From the IMG/VR virus record IMGVR_UViG_3300050335_000078: a stretch of 20,000 nt of DNA; one strand, given 5' to 3'. Position 1 is the stretch's first letter. Each line of letters opens with the position of its first letter. Source of the DNA: an uncultured virus (IMG/VR IMGVR_UViG_3300050335_000078). Its lineage: Duplodnaviria > Heunggongvirae > Uroviricota > Caudoviricetes. Below the pieces are notes generated by a model, which saw only the letters and a program-made list of their open reading frames with translations, ran no database searches and had not been told where the DNA came from. A program made the translations under genes and the position numbers. Positions 9,162 to 17,228 of the stretch are shown piece after piece.

Positions 9162-10016
9162 ATGCACAGAAGGTTTTATTTGGAGAACGAACAGAAGCAG
9201 CGGTTCAATCTCCAGGACTTAAAGAACGGCGCCCTCCTCTGCTTGCCAGCCGGGCTTGGGCTGTCTATGTCGCGCGCATATGAACTGACAGGTGATGCGT
9301 CAAGGGTCGTAAACGAAGTATTCCCGCTCCGATCGTTTACCGGTGTGGCCGTATTCGACGGTTCCAGGGCATATGATGGGTACCGCGCCCTGGTGAACTT
9401 CATCGCCGCGTCCGACGTTTTAAGGCTCGTATACGCTCCGAGGTTTGAGACGGCAAGCAGCGAGTTTCTGGCGGATGCTGAGGTGGAAAATGTATCCAAA
9501 GGCGAGATCATAGGCGGACGGATGGAATGCGACGTCGTTATCACACTGAAAGGCGCGTGGTACAAGCGGGATAGCCTGCGCGTAGTTGCGGAGAAAACCG
9601 GTGAGGAGCTTCGATATGACCGGATGCATGAATATGTATACAGCGACGTTTCGACCGACGCGATTGAGATTTTTAACGACGGGCATTTTGAAGCGCCGGT
9701 TATGCTTGAAGCCGAAGGTGAACTGGTCAATCCCCGGCTCTCACTGCACGTAAATGGTGTGCTGCGTTCGCAGTTGGTGGTAACGACGGTCATTGAGACC
9801 GGACAAACGCTGGTATTCTGCACGAAAGATGACGAATTAACGCTCATAAAACGGCTGGTGGATGGCAGCGAGGAGAGCCTGATCGGCTTCATCTCGGTCG
9901 AGAACGACAACTTCTTCAAGCTGCCGAAAGGACTGTCGACGCTGAGCCTGAGTGCGGATAACGAGATTAGTTCAAAATCGATCATTACCGTATATACGGC
10001 ATATAAGGCGGTATAG
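9162..10016 (+). CDS. Putative distal tail (Dit-like) protein
   Basis: 284 aa directly after the tape measure; IFNDGHFEAPV..E.EG.L.NP and FFKLPKG.STL pattern typical of Dit; AAGGAGG RBS. Confidence 0.72.
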   Translation: MHRRFYLENEQKQRFNLQDLKNGALLCLPAGLGLSMSRAYELTGDASRVVNEVFPLRSFTGVAVFDGSRAYDGYRALVNFIAASDVLRLVYAPRFETASSEFLADAEVENVSKGEIIGGRMECDVVITLKGAWYKRDSLRVVAEKTGEELRYDRMHEYVYSDVSTDAIEIFNDGHFEAPVMLEAEGELVNPRLSLHVNGVLRSQLVVTTVIETGQTLVFCTKDDELTLIKRLVDGSEESLIGFISVENDNFFKLPKGLSTLSLSADNEISSKSIITVYTAYKAV

Positions 10017-11026
10017 TGATGCAGGCATACGTCATATCCAAAATAGATTTAAAAGTGAGGGACGCTGCCGTAACTATCGGCTATGAGATGAACGAGGATA
10101 CTTCCGCGCCCGCCGTTACCAGTATGAACTTTGCGCGTATGCCTGCCGTCAGCGCCGGGGATTACGTTTGTCTGAAAGAAGCGGCTGAGACGGTTTATCT
10201 TGGCATCATATCCGGCATGGAAACTGATAAAAAAACAAGCGTTGCCACACTGCGGGCGCTGCCAGTGAGCAGCATCTTCTCAAGGAATATTCTGCTGAGC
10301 AGTCCGCAGGCGGTAACTGAGAACTATATCCTATCCGCTATTAACGATAATTTCGTTACTTCGGGCGACGCTATGACGGATATTCCGTATATATCGGCAA
10401 CAGCGGCAACCCAAACGCTTTTGGATATCACTCCCCATAACGACAATGGGATTTATAATCTGGATACGTTTTTGCGGTATGTCGCACGGCGGCATCATAT
10501 ATTCCCGGATTTTGAGCTGAAAGACAATGCTTTGGGCTTGAGTATTGAAAACCGTAACCCTCCCCTGCATATTATCGACGCGATGGTAGCGGATGTTTTC
10601 GGCTTGAATGAAACGGTGGTTTCCGAATGCGTTTCAAAGGTAACTGTGAAAACATCTGCAGAAGTAAGTACATATTACCTGTTTGAGAACGGGAGTTACG
10701 GTACAGACCCTGGAGCGGGTATCCGCATGCAAGGCAAGGCCGATACGGTCTATTGCGAGAACGCAGCCGATGCTGAAAAAACAGCAGGCGACATTTTCGC
10801 CAAGAACAAGTTCAGCCATCTGATCGAGGCGGAGATACTTTTACGCTCAAAGCTATACGATACCGCCAATATGCAGCTGTACGACCGGGCGATGGTTAAG
10901 ACTAAGACCGGTGTATATGACACTTACATCAGTTTCAAAAGCAGGAAGAGCACCGCGAAAACGGTGCTTTTTAAGTTCGGGGACGCAAGGCTTACGCTCA
11001 CGGACAAGCTCAAAGGAGGAATTTAA
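10016..11026 (+). CDS. Putative tail tip / baseplate hub (Tal-position) protein
   Basis: 336 aa after the Dit-like gene (start GTG 10016 or ATG 10019); C-terminal FGDARLTLTDKLK motif. The call is mainly positional. Confidence 0.55.
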   Translation: MMQAYVISKIDLKVRDAAVTIGYEMNEDTSAPAVTSMNFARMPAVSAGDYVCLKEAAETVYLGIISGMETDKKTSVATLRALPVSSIFSRNILLSSPQAVTENYILSAINDNFVTSGDAMTDIPYISATAATQTLLDITPHNDNGIYNLDTFLRYVARRHHIFPDFELKDNALGLSIENRNPPLHIIDAMVADVFGLNETVVSECVSKVTVKTSAEVSTYYLFENGSYGTDPGAGIRMQGKADTVYCENAADAEKTAGDIFAKNKFSHLIEAEILLRSKLYDTANMQLYDRAMVKTKTGVYDTYISFKSRKSTAKTVLFKFGDARLTLTDKLKGGI

Positions 11027-11686
11027 GTGGCAATAAGAGCAGTCACATTTGATAAACAAAAAGTCAAGTCACAGGACGACGGGCTGTGCCACACGCTGGC
11101 CATGGTCAACAAATCCTGTATCGTATCCGGCTGCACGGTGGCGCAGGACGGCGCCTCCGCTGTGAGCATCGCCACGGGTGTGTTCTTTGCCTGCGGGCGG
11201 CTGGTTTACGTCACTTCGCCTGAGAGTATCGGCATTCCATCCGTCCCCGCAGGCCAGACGCAGTATATGCGCGTGGTGTTTGAGGTCAATCTCAACCAGA
11301 CCAATACGGAAACGGAATTCATGCAGGGCAGCTTTAAGGTACTGACGGACACTGCCGCCTATCCGGCGCTCACACAGGACGATATCAACGCGGGCGAAAC
11401 GCTGCATCAGATGCCTTTTATCAAGCTGCGCGCGGATTCAACCGGTATTATCGCCGGAAGCTTTGCGGATGAGCGCACACTGGCTTATTCCGTTGCCAGC
11501 CTGAAACATGACATTGACGGCAAGGCGGCCGTGGGTCACGTCCATACGTCATTGGCCGCACTGGAGGTAACAGGCAACGTGGGTACGGATGACCTGCAGG
11601 TGGTCAACGTGTTCATTTACTCGGGCAGTACGCCTTCGACTGCGGGCAAGCCCAACGGTACGCTGTTCGTCAAATACGTACCATAA
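11027..11686 (+). CDS. Putative baseplate / minor tail protein
   Basis: 219 aa beta-rich protein with an AAGGAGG RBS. It ends in IYSGSTPSTAGKPNGTLFVKY, resembling short terminal motifs of fibre-anchoring proteins; positional. Confidence 0.55.
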   Translation: MAIRAVTFDKQKVKSQDDGLCHTLAMVNKSCIVSGCTVAQDGASAVSIATGVFFACGRLVYVTSPESIGIPSVPAGQTQYMRVVFEVNLNQTNTETEFMQGSFKVLTDTAAYPALTQDDINAGETLHQMPFIKLRADSTGIIAGSFADERTLAYSVASLKHDIDGKAAVGHVHTSLAALEVTGNVGTDDLQVVNVFIYSGSTPSTAGKPNGTLFVKYVP

Positions 11687-11700
11687 AGGAGTGATGAAGA

Positions 11701-13002
11701 TTGGCGACATGTAATAAGACGGGTTTAAACATTTGCGAAATCGACAGCCAGTATCCTACTCAGGCTAATACGTCTTCATGCGATGTAGGGCGGTATACGG
11801 GCAAGGTCAATAACTGTTTTTTCAACTTCGACTCCGTTAACGACGAAATACCCGCAGGCTCTGTGATCAACAGCGCGACACTGCAGCTGGCGCAGGTTTC
11901 GGGCGGATATTCGCTATCTCAAAACATATTGATTACGCTGCGTTCAGGCAACTGGGGCGCGTTTACGTGGAACTCGCAGCCCGCTTTGGCCGCGACCGGC
12001 CTGACGGTGGCACTGTCGGGCAGCTCGGCGGGAGACAGAATCTTTAACGTGACGGCGCTCATCCAATGGATCGTTGACAACAACAGTTCCGCGCACATAT
12101 TCAAGCTGGAGCGCGTGCCGAATACGACGAGCGGTTCCAACGACGCGAAGCGTTTTTCCACAACGGCAGCTAACCATGACCTGCTCATCACCTACACGCC
12201 GCCCACAGCGCCGGGTGTGCCCTCGGGCCTGTCGCAAAGCCCAAACGCCTTTGAAAGCGCGCTGAGGTTATCCTGGGTTAACGGTTCGGGTGGTACCAAC
12301 AACCCGATAACGGGAATTGACGTGCGATACCAGACCTCGGATGACGGCGCAAACTGGAGCGGAGAAACATCCGTTATAGTGGCTGCGGGCAGCACTTATT
12401 ATGATATTCCAAGCGCGACAATATCCGGCTGGGGCCGAGGCAAGTATGTCCGATTCCGGGCAGGTTCAGTTTCAGCGTATGCCGCCACAGTTTACTCGGG
12501 ATACACATCTGCTGTACGAAAAAACAGAGCGCCTAATACTCCGACAGGCATACCCATCACGAACAAGAGCGTGTACGCACCCGGCGAGACAGTCACGGTA
12601 TCATTCACGCCGCCCAGCCCAAGGGACCCGGACAGCGGTTTATCCGGCGACATCGCCGGGTACGAGGTCAAGATGCAGTACTCGGACGGAGCTGACTACA
12701 ACAGCGGACAGATCATGGGGACAAACGCGTCCGGATCGGCAACGTCGGTCAGTGTGGCTACAACGGGCTGGACACCGGGACTGCAATGGAAGTTTCTTGT
12801 ACGCGGATATGACGCTTACGGCGTGCGAGGCAGCTGGTCGGCGGCGACCGCGCTCATCATGATGGGGACGCCACTGAAGGTGCTTGTGTCAGGCTCCCTG
12901 AAAAGCGTAGCGGAGCAGCAGGTACTGGTGAACGGTGTCCTGAAACAGGTGAGCGAAATCAAGGTGCTGGTAGACGGCGTATTGAAAAATCTAACGGTTT
13001 AG
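11701..13002 (+). CDS. Putative tail fibre / receptor-binding protein (DNRLRE/CBM96-like N-terminus, FN3-like domains)
   Basis: FNFD....IPAGSVINSATLQL...TWNSQP pattern; Pro-rich linkers; LSW.../YEV.../VRGYD..G..GSWS FN3-like segments; last gene before the lysis cassette. Confidence 0.6.
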   Translation: MATCNKTGLNICEIDSQYPTQANTSSCDVGRYTGKVNNCFFNFDSVNDEIPAGSVINSATLQLAQVSGGYSLSQNILITLRSGNWGAFTWNSQPALAATGLTVALSGSSAGDRIFNVTALIQWIVDNNSSAHIFKLERVPNTTSGSNDAKRFSTTAANHDLLITYTPPTAPGVPSGLSQSPNAFESALRLSWVNGSGGTNNPITGIDVRYQTSDDGANWSGETSVIVAAGSTYYDIPSATISGWGRGKYVRFRAGSVSAYAATVYSGYTSAVRKNRAPNTPTGIPITNKSVYAPGETVTVSFTPPSPRDPDSGLSGDIAGYEVKMQYSDGADYNSGQIMGTNASGSATSVSVATTGWTPGLQWKFLVRGYDAYGVRGSWSAATALIMMGTPLKVLVSGSLKSVAEQQVLVNGVLKQVSEIKVLVDGVLKNLTV

Positions 13003-13014
13003 GGGGAATGTAAT

Positions 13015-13350
13015 TTGCTTGAATTTATCACTAGATACTGGCTGGAAGCCCTGTTCGGATTAATTCTGACAGGGCTTTCGTTTTTGGTGCGGCGGTTGTT
13101 TCAGGAAGCGAAGACCGCGCGCAAATCTACGTGCGCGGTACAGACAGGTATACGTTGTATGCTGCGCGACCGGATAATCCACAGCTACGAGAATTATATC
13201 CATCTCGGTTATTGCCCGTTGCCTGTGCGTGAAAACACGGAGGAAATGCACGCGGCGTACAAGGCGCTGGGCGGCAACGGCGCAGTCGACCATATCGTGG
13301 CTGAGATGAACGAACTGCCTACTATTAATAAGGAGGGAAACATCAAATGA
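13015..13350 (+). CDS. Holin-like membrane protein (one N-terminal TM helix)
   Basis: Hydrophobic [17 protein letters not shown] followed by RR; LRDRII..Y and YKALGGNG motif; ATGA-coupled to the endolysin. Confidence 0.6.
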   Translation: MLEFITRYWLEALFGLILTGLSFLVRRLFQEAKTARKSTCAVQTGIRCMLRDRIIHSYENYIHLGYCPLPVRENTEEMHAAYKALGGNGAVDHIVAEMNELPTINKEGNIK

Positions 13351-14063
13351 CAAACAGGGAACTGGTATCGGAGGTCTTGAAGATGGCGGGATTTCAAAAC
13401 CCCGTCGAGAAGGAAAGCGGTGGTATCACCTATCACAAAGACCGCTGGGGGTACGTGTTCGGCGGCCAGGGTGAACTGTATACCGATGAACTCGCAAAGA
13501 AGTGGGCAAGCATAAAGCGGTCGGGCAAGACATCGGTGTACTTCCTGACGAGCGCGAAGCAGTGGTATTCACCGCCCCGGCGCATTGTGGACTGTTCTGG
13601 GCTGATCGTGCAGGCGTTTCGGATGTTTGTTCCTGATTACACCGACCGGAGCGCGAACACCTTCAAGGTTCAATTCACAATGTCTGGGGCAATAAGCGCA
13701 ATCCCCGAAACAGCGGGACTTGCCGTATGGAAAAACGGGCATATCGGTATCTACCTTGGTAACGGCAAGGTGTGCGAAAGCCGCGGCGTCGCCTACGGGG
13801 TTGTAATTTCCGATCTCAAAACGCAGAAATGGACGCATTACGGTAAGCTTAAGGGCGTGGAGTATGATAATGCGTATGTCGTATTCGGGAAAGAGCAAAA
13901 ACCCGTGGCGTATCAAATATACACGGTTAAAAAGGGCGACACGCTTTGGGAGATAGCTAAACGGTATAAGACCACTGTTGCCGCGCTGGCCAAGCTGAAC
14001 GATCTGAAAAATCCGTCCCTCATATTCGCGGGACAAAAGATAAAAATAAGGGAGGAAAAATAA
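13347..14063 (+). CDS. Endolysin: NlpC/P60-type peptidase plus C-terminal LysM
   Basis: DCSGL (Cys) and [10 protein letters not shown] (His) catalytic motifs; [27 protein letters not shown]...[10 protein letters not shown] is a LysM. Confidence 0.9.
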   Translation: MTNRELVSEVLKMAGFQNPVEKESGGITYHKDRWGYVFGGQGELYTDELAKKWASIKRSGKTSVYFLTSAKQWYSPPRRIVDCSGLIVQAFRMFVPDYTDRSANTFKVQFTMSGAISAIPETAGLAVWKNGHIGIYLGNGKVCESRGVAYGVVISDLKTQKWTHYGKLKGVEYDNAYVVFGKEQKPVAYQIYTVKKGDTLWEIAKRYKTTVAALAKLNDLKNPSLIFAGQKIKIREEK

Positions 14064-14065
14064 CG

Positions 14066-14248
14066 ATGGAACAATCCAGATGGAAAAGCCCTGTGGCATG
14101 GAGCGCACTTGCGGCGCTTCTTTTTTTTGTGGCCAAGACATGGTTTGGGGTTGAGATACCCGGCTGGGATCAGTTCATATCCCTGGTCATAGCCGCTGGC
14201 GTAGCTTTTGGTATTTTCAACAACCCTGAGAAAAAAGACAATTTTTGA
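14066..14248 (+). CDS. Holin (two TM helices)
   Basis: 60 aa; QSRWKSPVAW N-terminus, two hydrophobic segments, GIFNNP..KD.F C-terminus; GGAGG RBS. Confidence 0.8.
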   Translation: MEQSRWKSPVAWSALAALLFFVAKTWFGVEIPGWDQFISLVIAAGVAFGIFNNPEKKDNF

Positions 14249-14254
14249 AACAGT

Positions 14255-14285
14255 GAGGCGCTGTTTATTCGGCGCCTCTTTTTTT
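14255..14285 (+). terminator. Intrinsic terminator of the late operon
   Basis: GAGGCGCTG-TTTATT-CGGCGCCTC stem (one G-U pair) followed by T7, starting 7 nt after the holin stop. Confidence 0.88.
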
Positions 14286-14350
14286 ATTTCTTCGAAGGCA
14301 ATAACTTTGTCTTTGAAGTCTGACAACAACGCGCCGTCCTTAGCGCATCA

Positions 14351-14617
14351 CTAACCTTCTGGCGAAAATTCAACTTTATCGCCCAGAACATATTCTCCGT
14401 GATAATAATCCGAGATGTTCATACCAAGCGCCTCAATTACGCGGCAAGCGATATTAAATGATGAAGAGGACAGTTTTCGTTCGCCGCTCTCGAACCTCTG
14501 ATACTGCCGAAGCTGTATCTTCGCTCTGTCCGCTACCTGCTGCTGTGACAATCCGAGTTTATCTCTTAAGTCCCTGAGAATACTTCTTTCCTCCACATGT
14601 GCTATTTGCCAAGTCAT
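14351..14617 (-). CDS. XRE-family helix-turn-helix transcriptional regulator
   Basis: LRDLRDKLGLSQQQVADRAKIQLRQYQRFESGER is an HTH_3 signature; GGAGG RBS at 14624-14628 (- strand). Confidence 0.9.
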   Translation of the reverse strand: MTWQIAHVEERSILRDLRDKLGLSQQQVADRAKIQLRQYQRFESGERKLSSSSFNIACRVIEALGMNISDYYHGEYVLGDKVEFSPEG

Positions 14618-14645
14618 ATGAAACCTCCAATTTCAAGATAAATAC

Positions 14646-14674
14646 ATCATACGACCATCTGGACGTATCGTCAA
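14646..14674 (-). promoter_or_regulatory. Sigma-A-type promoter for the XRE gene
   Basis: On the - strand: TTGACG (14674-14669), 17 bp, TATGAT (14651-14646). Confidence 0.8.
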
Positions 14675-14700
14675 GCTTTTTCTACGACCATTTGGTCATA
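14650..14700. promoter_or_regulatory. Two 18-bp palindromic operators, consensus TACGACCA-N2-TGGTCGTA
   Basis: TACGACCATCTGGACGTA (14650-14667) and TACGACCATTTGGTCATA (14683-14700), each one mismatch from a perfect arm palindrome and 33 bp apart. Confidence 0.8.
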
Positions 14701-14756
14701 GAGAATAAGTTCCGTCTCCTATGCCGCCATTCCGAAACGCTTGTTTTTTTGCTGAT

Positions 14757-14966
14757 ACCGAAAATTCTCGGTACGCAAACACCTCTTTTCTGTCTGTAGC
14801 CGATAGAGGGGCTCGTTTCTCCTCAGATGGAGGCGATCGTGAACGACACATATGGACAGGATTGGTGGGCAAAGCATCTAGAAGCAGTGAACCGCCAATT
14901 TGGTACTCAAATCACCATCTGCTGTCCTGTGGATGGTGAGAGGGTTTCTTGCCCTCCGATGGGAGG
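14757..14966 (+). repeat. Two degenerate copies of a ~75-nt structured leader motif, each ending in GGAGG
   Basis: Copy 1 14757-14833, copy 2 14891-14966. Shared blocks: ACCG..AATT, GGTAC(G/T)CAAA, CACC, CTGTC, TGT, GAGGG, CCTC(A/C)GATG, GGAGG. Confidence 0.7.
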
Positions 14967-14975
14967 TAATGAAAC

Positions 14976-15197
14976 GTGATAGATGTAACTGACTGCAAGC
15001 CGGAAATCAAATACGATAAAAAGCAAATTTCGCATGAGCAATTACAGCACGAATTGGATTATGTGAGAGCGCAGCGAATACTCGAAACCATGCTTGAAAA
15101 AGGATTAATCTCCTTGTTGGAGTTCAACCAGATAACCACACTGAACCGCCAATCTTTCTCCCCCGCTCTGGCGCAGATTATGCCTGAAAACCGTTGA
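14976..15197 (+). CDS. Small helical protein preceding the recombinase cassette (SHOCT-like)
   Basis: 73 aa; GGGAGG RBS; ELDY.RAQ.IL..ML.KGLIS..EF..IT pattern resembles a SHOCT-like helical hairpin. Confidence 0.7.
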   Translation: MIDVTDCKPEIKYDKKQISHEQLQHELDYVRAQRILETMLEKGLISLLEFNQITTLNRQSFSPALAQIMPENR

Positions 15198-15222
15198 TAA
15201 TACTCGGCTTCAGAGGTAATAT
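15194..15222 (+). promoter_or_regulatory. Possible sigma-A promoter for the recombinase genes
   Basis: TTGATA (15194-15199), 17 bp, TAATAT (15217-15222), upstream of the AAGGAGGTG RBS. Confidence 0.45.
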
Positions 15223-15247
15223 GTCACACTGACAAGGAGGTGAGAAC

Positions 15248-16810
15248 TTGAAAAAGGTAACGAAAATCGCTCAGAATACAGTTGATATTACCGAACAGCC
15301 CAAGCTGCGTGTAGCCGCCTACTGCCGTGTCTCCACCGGCAATGATGATCAGCTTGTCAGTCTGGATACGCAGATAAAGCACTATGAATCCTACATCAAA
15401 TCAAACCAAGACTGGGAGTTTGCTGGGTTATATTATGATGAGGGTATCACAGGCACTAAAAAAGAAAAACGTCCCGAACTGCTTCGGATGATTGCGGACA
15501 GTGAAGATAAGAAAATAGACTTCATCGTTACCAAGTCCATCAGCCGGTTTGCCAGAAACACAACGGATTGTTTGGAGCTTGTTCGGAAATTGCAAGAGCT
15601 CGGTATTTATATATATTTCGAGAATGAAAACATCAATACCAAAACCATGGAAAGCGAGCTCATGCTCTCAATCCTGAGTGGACTGGCTGCAAATGAGTCC
15701 GCCTCCATTGCTGAAAACAATAAATGGTCGATGACGCGTCGGTTCCAAAACGGCACATACAAAATCAGTGCCCCGCCCTACGGTTATGACGCCGTTGAAG
15801 GAAAACTGGTGGTGAACGAAAAGGAAGCGGCAATCGTGCGCTTTATCTTCGCTGAAATCCTGTCGGGTAAAGGGTGCGGTAAAATTGCTAATGAACTTAA
15901 TCTCTGCAGCCTGAGGGGCAAAAAGGGCGGTCGCTGGAGTTCGACAACAATACGGGGCATGGCGTACAACGAAAGATACGTCGGCGACGCCCTTTTTCAG
16001 AAGACCTATACAGACGATAGATTCAACCGTCACAGCAACTACGGCGAGAAAGACCAGTACCTGATTAAAAACCACCATGAAGCGATTATCAGCCGTGAAG
16101 ATTTTGAAGCCGCCCATGCGGTCATAGAGCAGCGCGGTAGGGAAAAAGGCATAGAAAAGCACCATCATAAATACCAGAACCGTTACCCATTTTCCGGTAA
16201 AATCACGTGCGGTCAGTGCGGAGGCAGATTCAAGCGTCGAGTCCATGAAAGCGGCAGACATAAAATCGCATGGTGCTGTACTACGCACATCGCGGACATA
16301 AAGAAATGCCCGATAAAATACATCCCGGAATCTGATTTTGAATATGCGTTTGTTGTCATGATGAACAAGCTTATCTTCGGACATCAGACAGTCCTCAGGC
16401 CCCTGCTCATAAACCTGCGTGGTATGAATTCCGAAGACAGCCTGGCGAGCATTCGGGAGATTGACAGAAAACTCGAAGAAAACGCGGAACAGCGAAACGT
16501 ACTGGTAGGCTTGATGACAAAAAAATATCTCGAACCAGCTGTTTATAAAAAAAGTAATAATGAACTGCTTCAGGAAGCCGAACGCCTTAAACGTCAGAAA
16601 GAATCCTTAGCCCGCTTCTTAAGCAATGACAGCCAGCACCTAAGCGAAGTCAGTGCGCTTCTGCAATACGCCACAAAAGCGGCGATGTTGTCGAGCTTTG
16701 ACAGAGACGTTTTCGCACGATTTGTGGAGCGGATTATCGTATATTCCAGAACCGAAATTGGATTTGAATTAAAATGCGGCATAACGCTGAAAGAAAGGCT
16801 GGTGAAATAG
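15248..16810 (+). CDS. Large serine recombinase 1
   Basis: AAYCRVST catalytic motif, [13 protein letters not shown] recombinase domain, CGQC...C...C zinc ribbon and coiled coil. Confidence 0.95.
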   Translation: MKKVTKIAQNTVDITEQPKLRVAAYCRVSTGNDDQLVSLDTQIKHYESYIKSNQDWEFAGLYYDEGITGTKKEKRPELLRMIADSEDKKIDFIVTKSISRFARNTTDCLELVRKLQELGIYIYFENENINTKTMESELMLSILSGLAANESASIAENNKWSMTRRFQNGTYKISAPPYGYDAVEGKLVVNEKEAAIVRFIFAEILSGKGCGKIANELNLCSLRGKKGGRWSSTTIRGMAYNERYVGDALFQKTYTDDRFNRHSNYGEKDQYLIKNHHEAIISREDFEAAHAVIEQRGREKGIEKHHHKYQNRYPFSGKITCGQCGGRFKRRVHESGRHKIAWCCTTHIADIKKCPIKYIPESDFEYAFVVMMNKLIFGHQTVLRPLLINLRGMNSEDSLASIREIDRKLEENAEQRNVLVGLMTKKYLEPAVYKKSNNELLQEAERLKRQKESLARFLSNDSQHLSEVSALLQYATKAAMLSSFDRDVFARFVERIIVYSRTEIGFELKCGITLKERLVK

Positions 16811-17227
16811 ATGAGCCACACACCATATGGTTACAGGATTGAAAACGGGAAAGCCGTGATTGACGGAAAAGCTGCAGAGCAGGTAAAAACCCTATTCCAG
16901 TCCTATCTGTCCGGTGACTCTTTGGACGCCGCTGCCAATAAAGCCGGTATTGAAGCTTTCCATGCTGGCATCGGCAAGATCCTGCGGAATGTCCATTATC
17001 TCGGCGATGAATATTATCCGGCGATTATTGACCCTGACATGTTCGAAGCCGTCCAGGCAGAACGGTCAAAACGCGCTAAGCAACTCGGCCGAATCCGGGA
17101 ACCAAAAGAAAAAGCTGAGGTCATCTTCCCCACCGCATTCCGAGTTAATGATGCCACTCATCAATTTGATGACCCGTTCCAGCAAGCGGAATACGCCTAC
17201 AGCTTGATAGAAATCGAGGAGCATTGA
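16811..17227 (+). CDS. Recombinase DNA-binding-domain-only protein (no catalytic domain)
   Basis: Starts directly at [25 protein letters not shown] and YPAIID...FEAVQ match the recombinase domain; no YxRVS motif. Confidence 0.8.
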   Translation: MSHTPYGYRIENGKAVIDGKAAEQVKTLFQSYLSGDSLDAAANKAGIEAFHAGIGKILRNVHYLGDEYYPAIIDPDMFEAVQAERSKRAKQLGRIREPKEKAEVIFPTAFRVNDATHQFDDPFQQAEYAYSLIEIEEH

Positions 17228-17228
17228 T

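Noticed and set aside
9176..9985. 269-aa antisense ORF spanning the Dit-like gene
   Set aside because: Ser-rich codon-register mirror of the sense ORF with no recognisable domain.
11027..13002. Possible diversity-generating retroelement or invertible tail-fibre system
   Set aside because: I saw no reverse transcriptase, TR/VR pair or inverted fibre cassettes. The recombinases are large integrase-type, not Gin/Hin-type invertases.
14101..14128. GAGCGC...GCGCTT hairpin plus T-run inside the second holin
   Set aside because: The stem is short and explained by Ala/Leu/Phe codons of a TM helix; a much better terminator follows at 14255.
14599..14939. Track ORFs 14599-14799 and 14721-14939
   Set aside because: They have no RBS and overlie promoter, operator and leader elements.
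14646..14966. Repeats considered as a mini-CRISPR array
   Set aside because: Only two copies of each motif, wrong lengths and spacing, and no cas genes in the window.
15668..16384. 238-aa antisense ORF within recombinase 1
   Set aside because: Entirely inside a well-supported gene, with no recognisable motifs.
16808..16813. TAG-ATG in-frame junction read as a nonsense mutation splitting one gene
   Set aside because: LSR1 is already full length with a normal C-terminus (IGFELKCG), parallel to LSR2 (VEFKSG), so these are best treated as separate genes.
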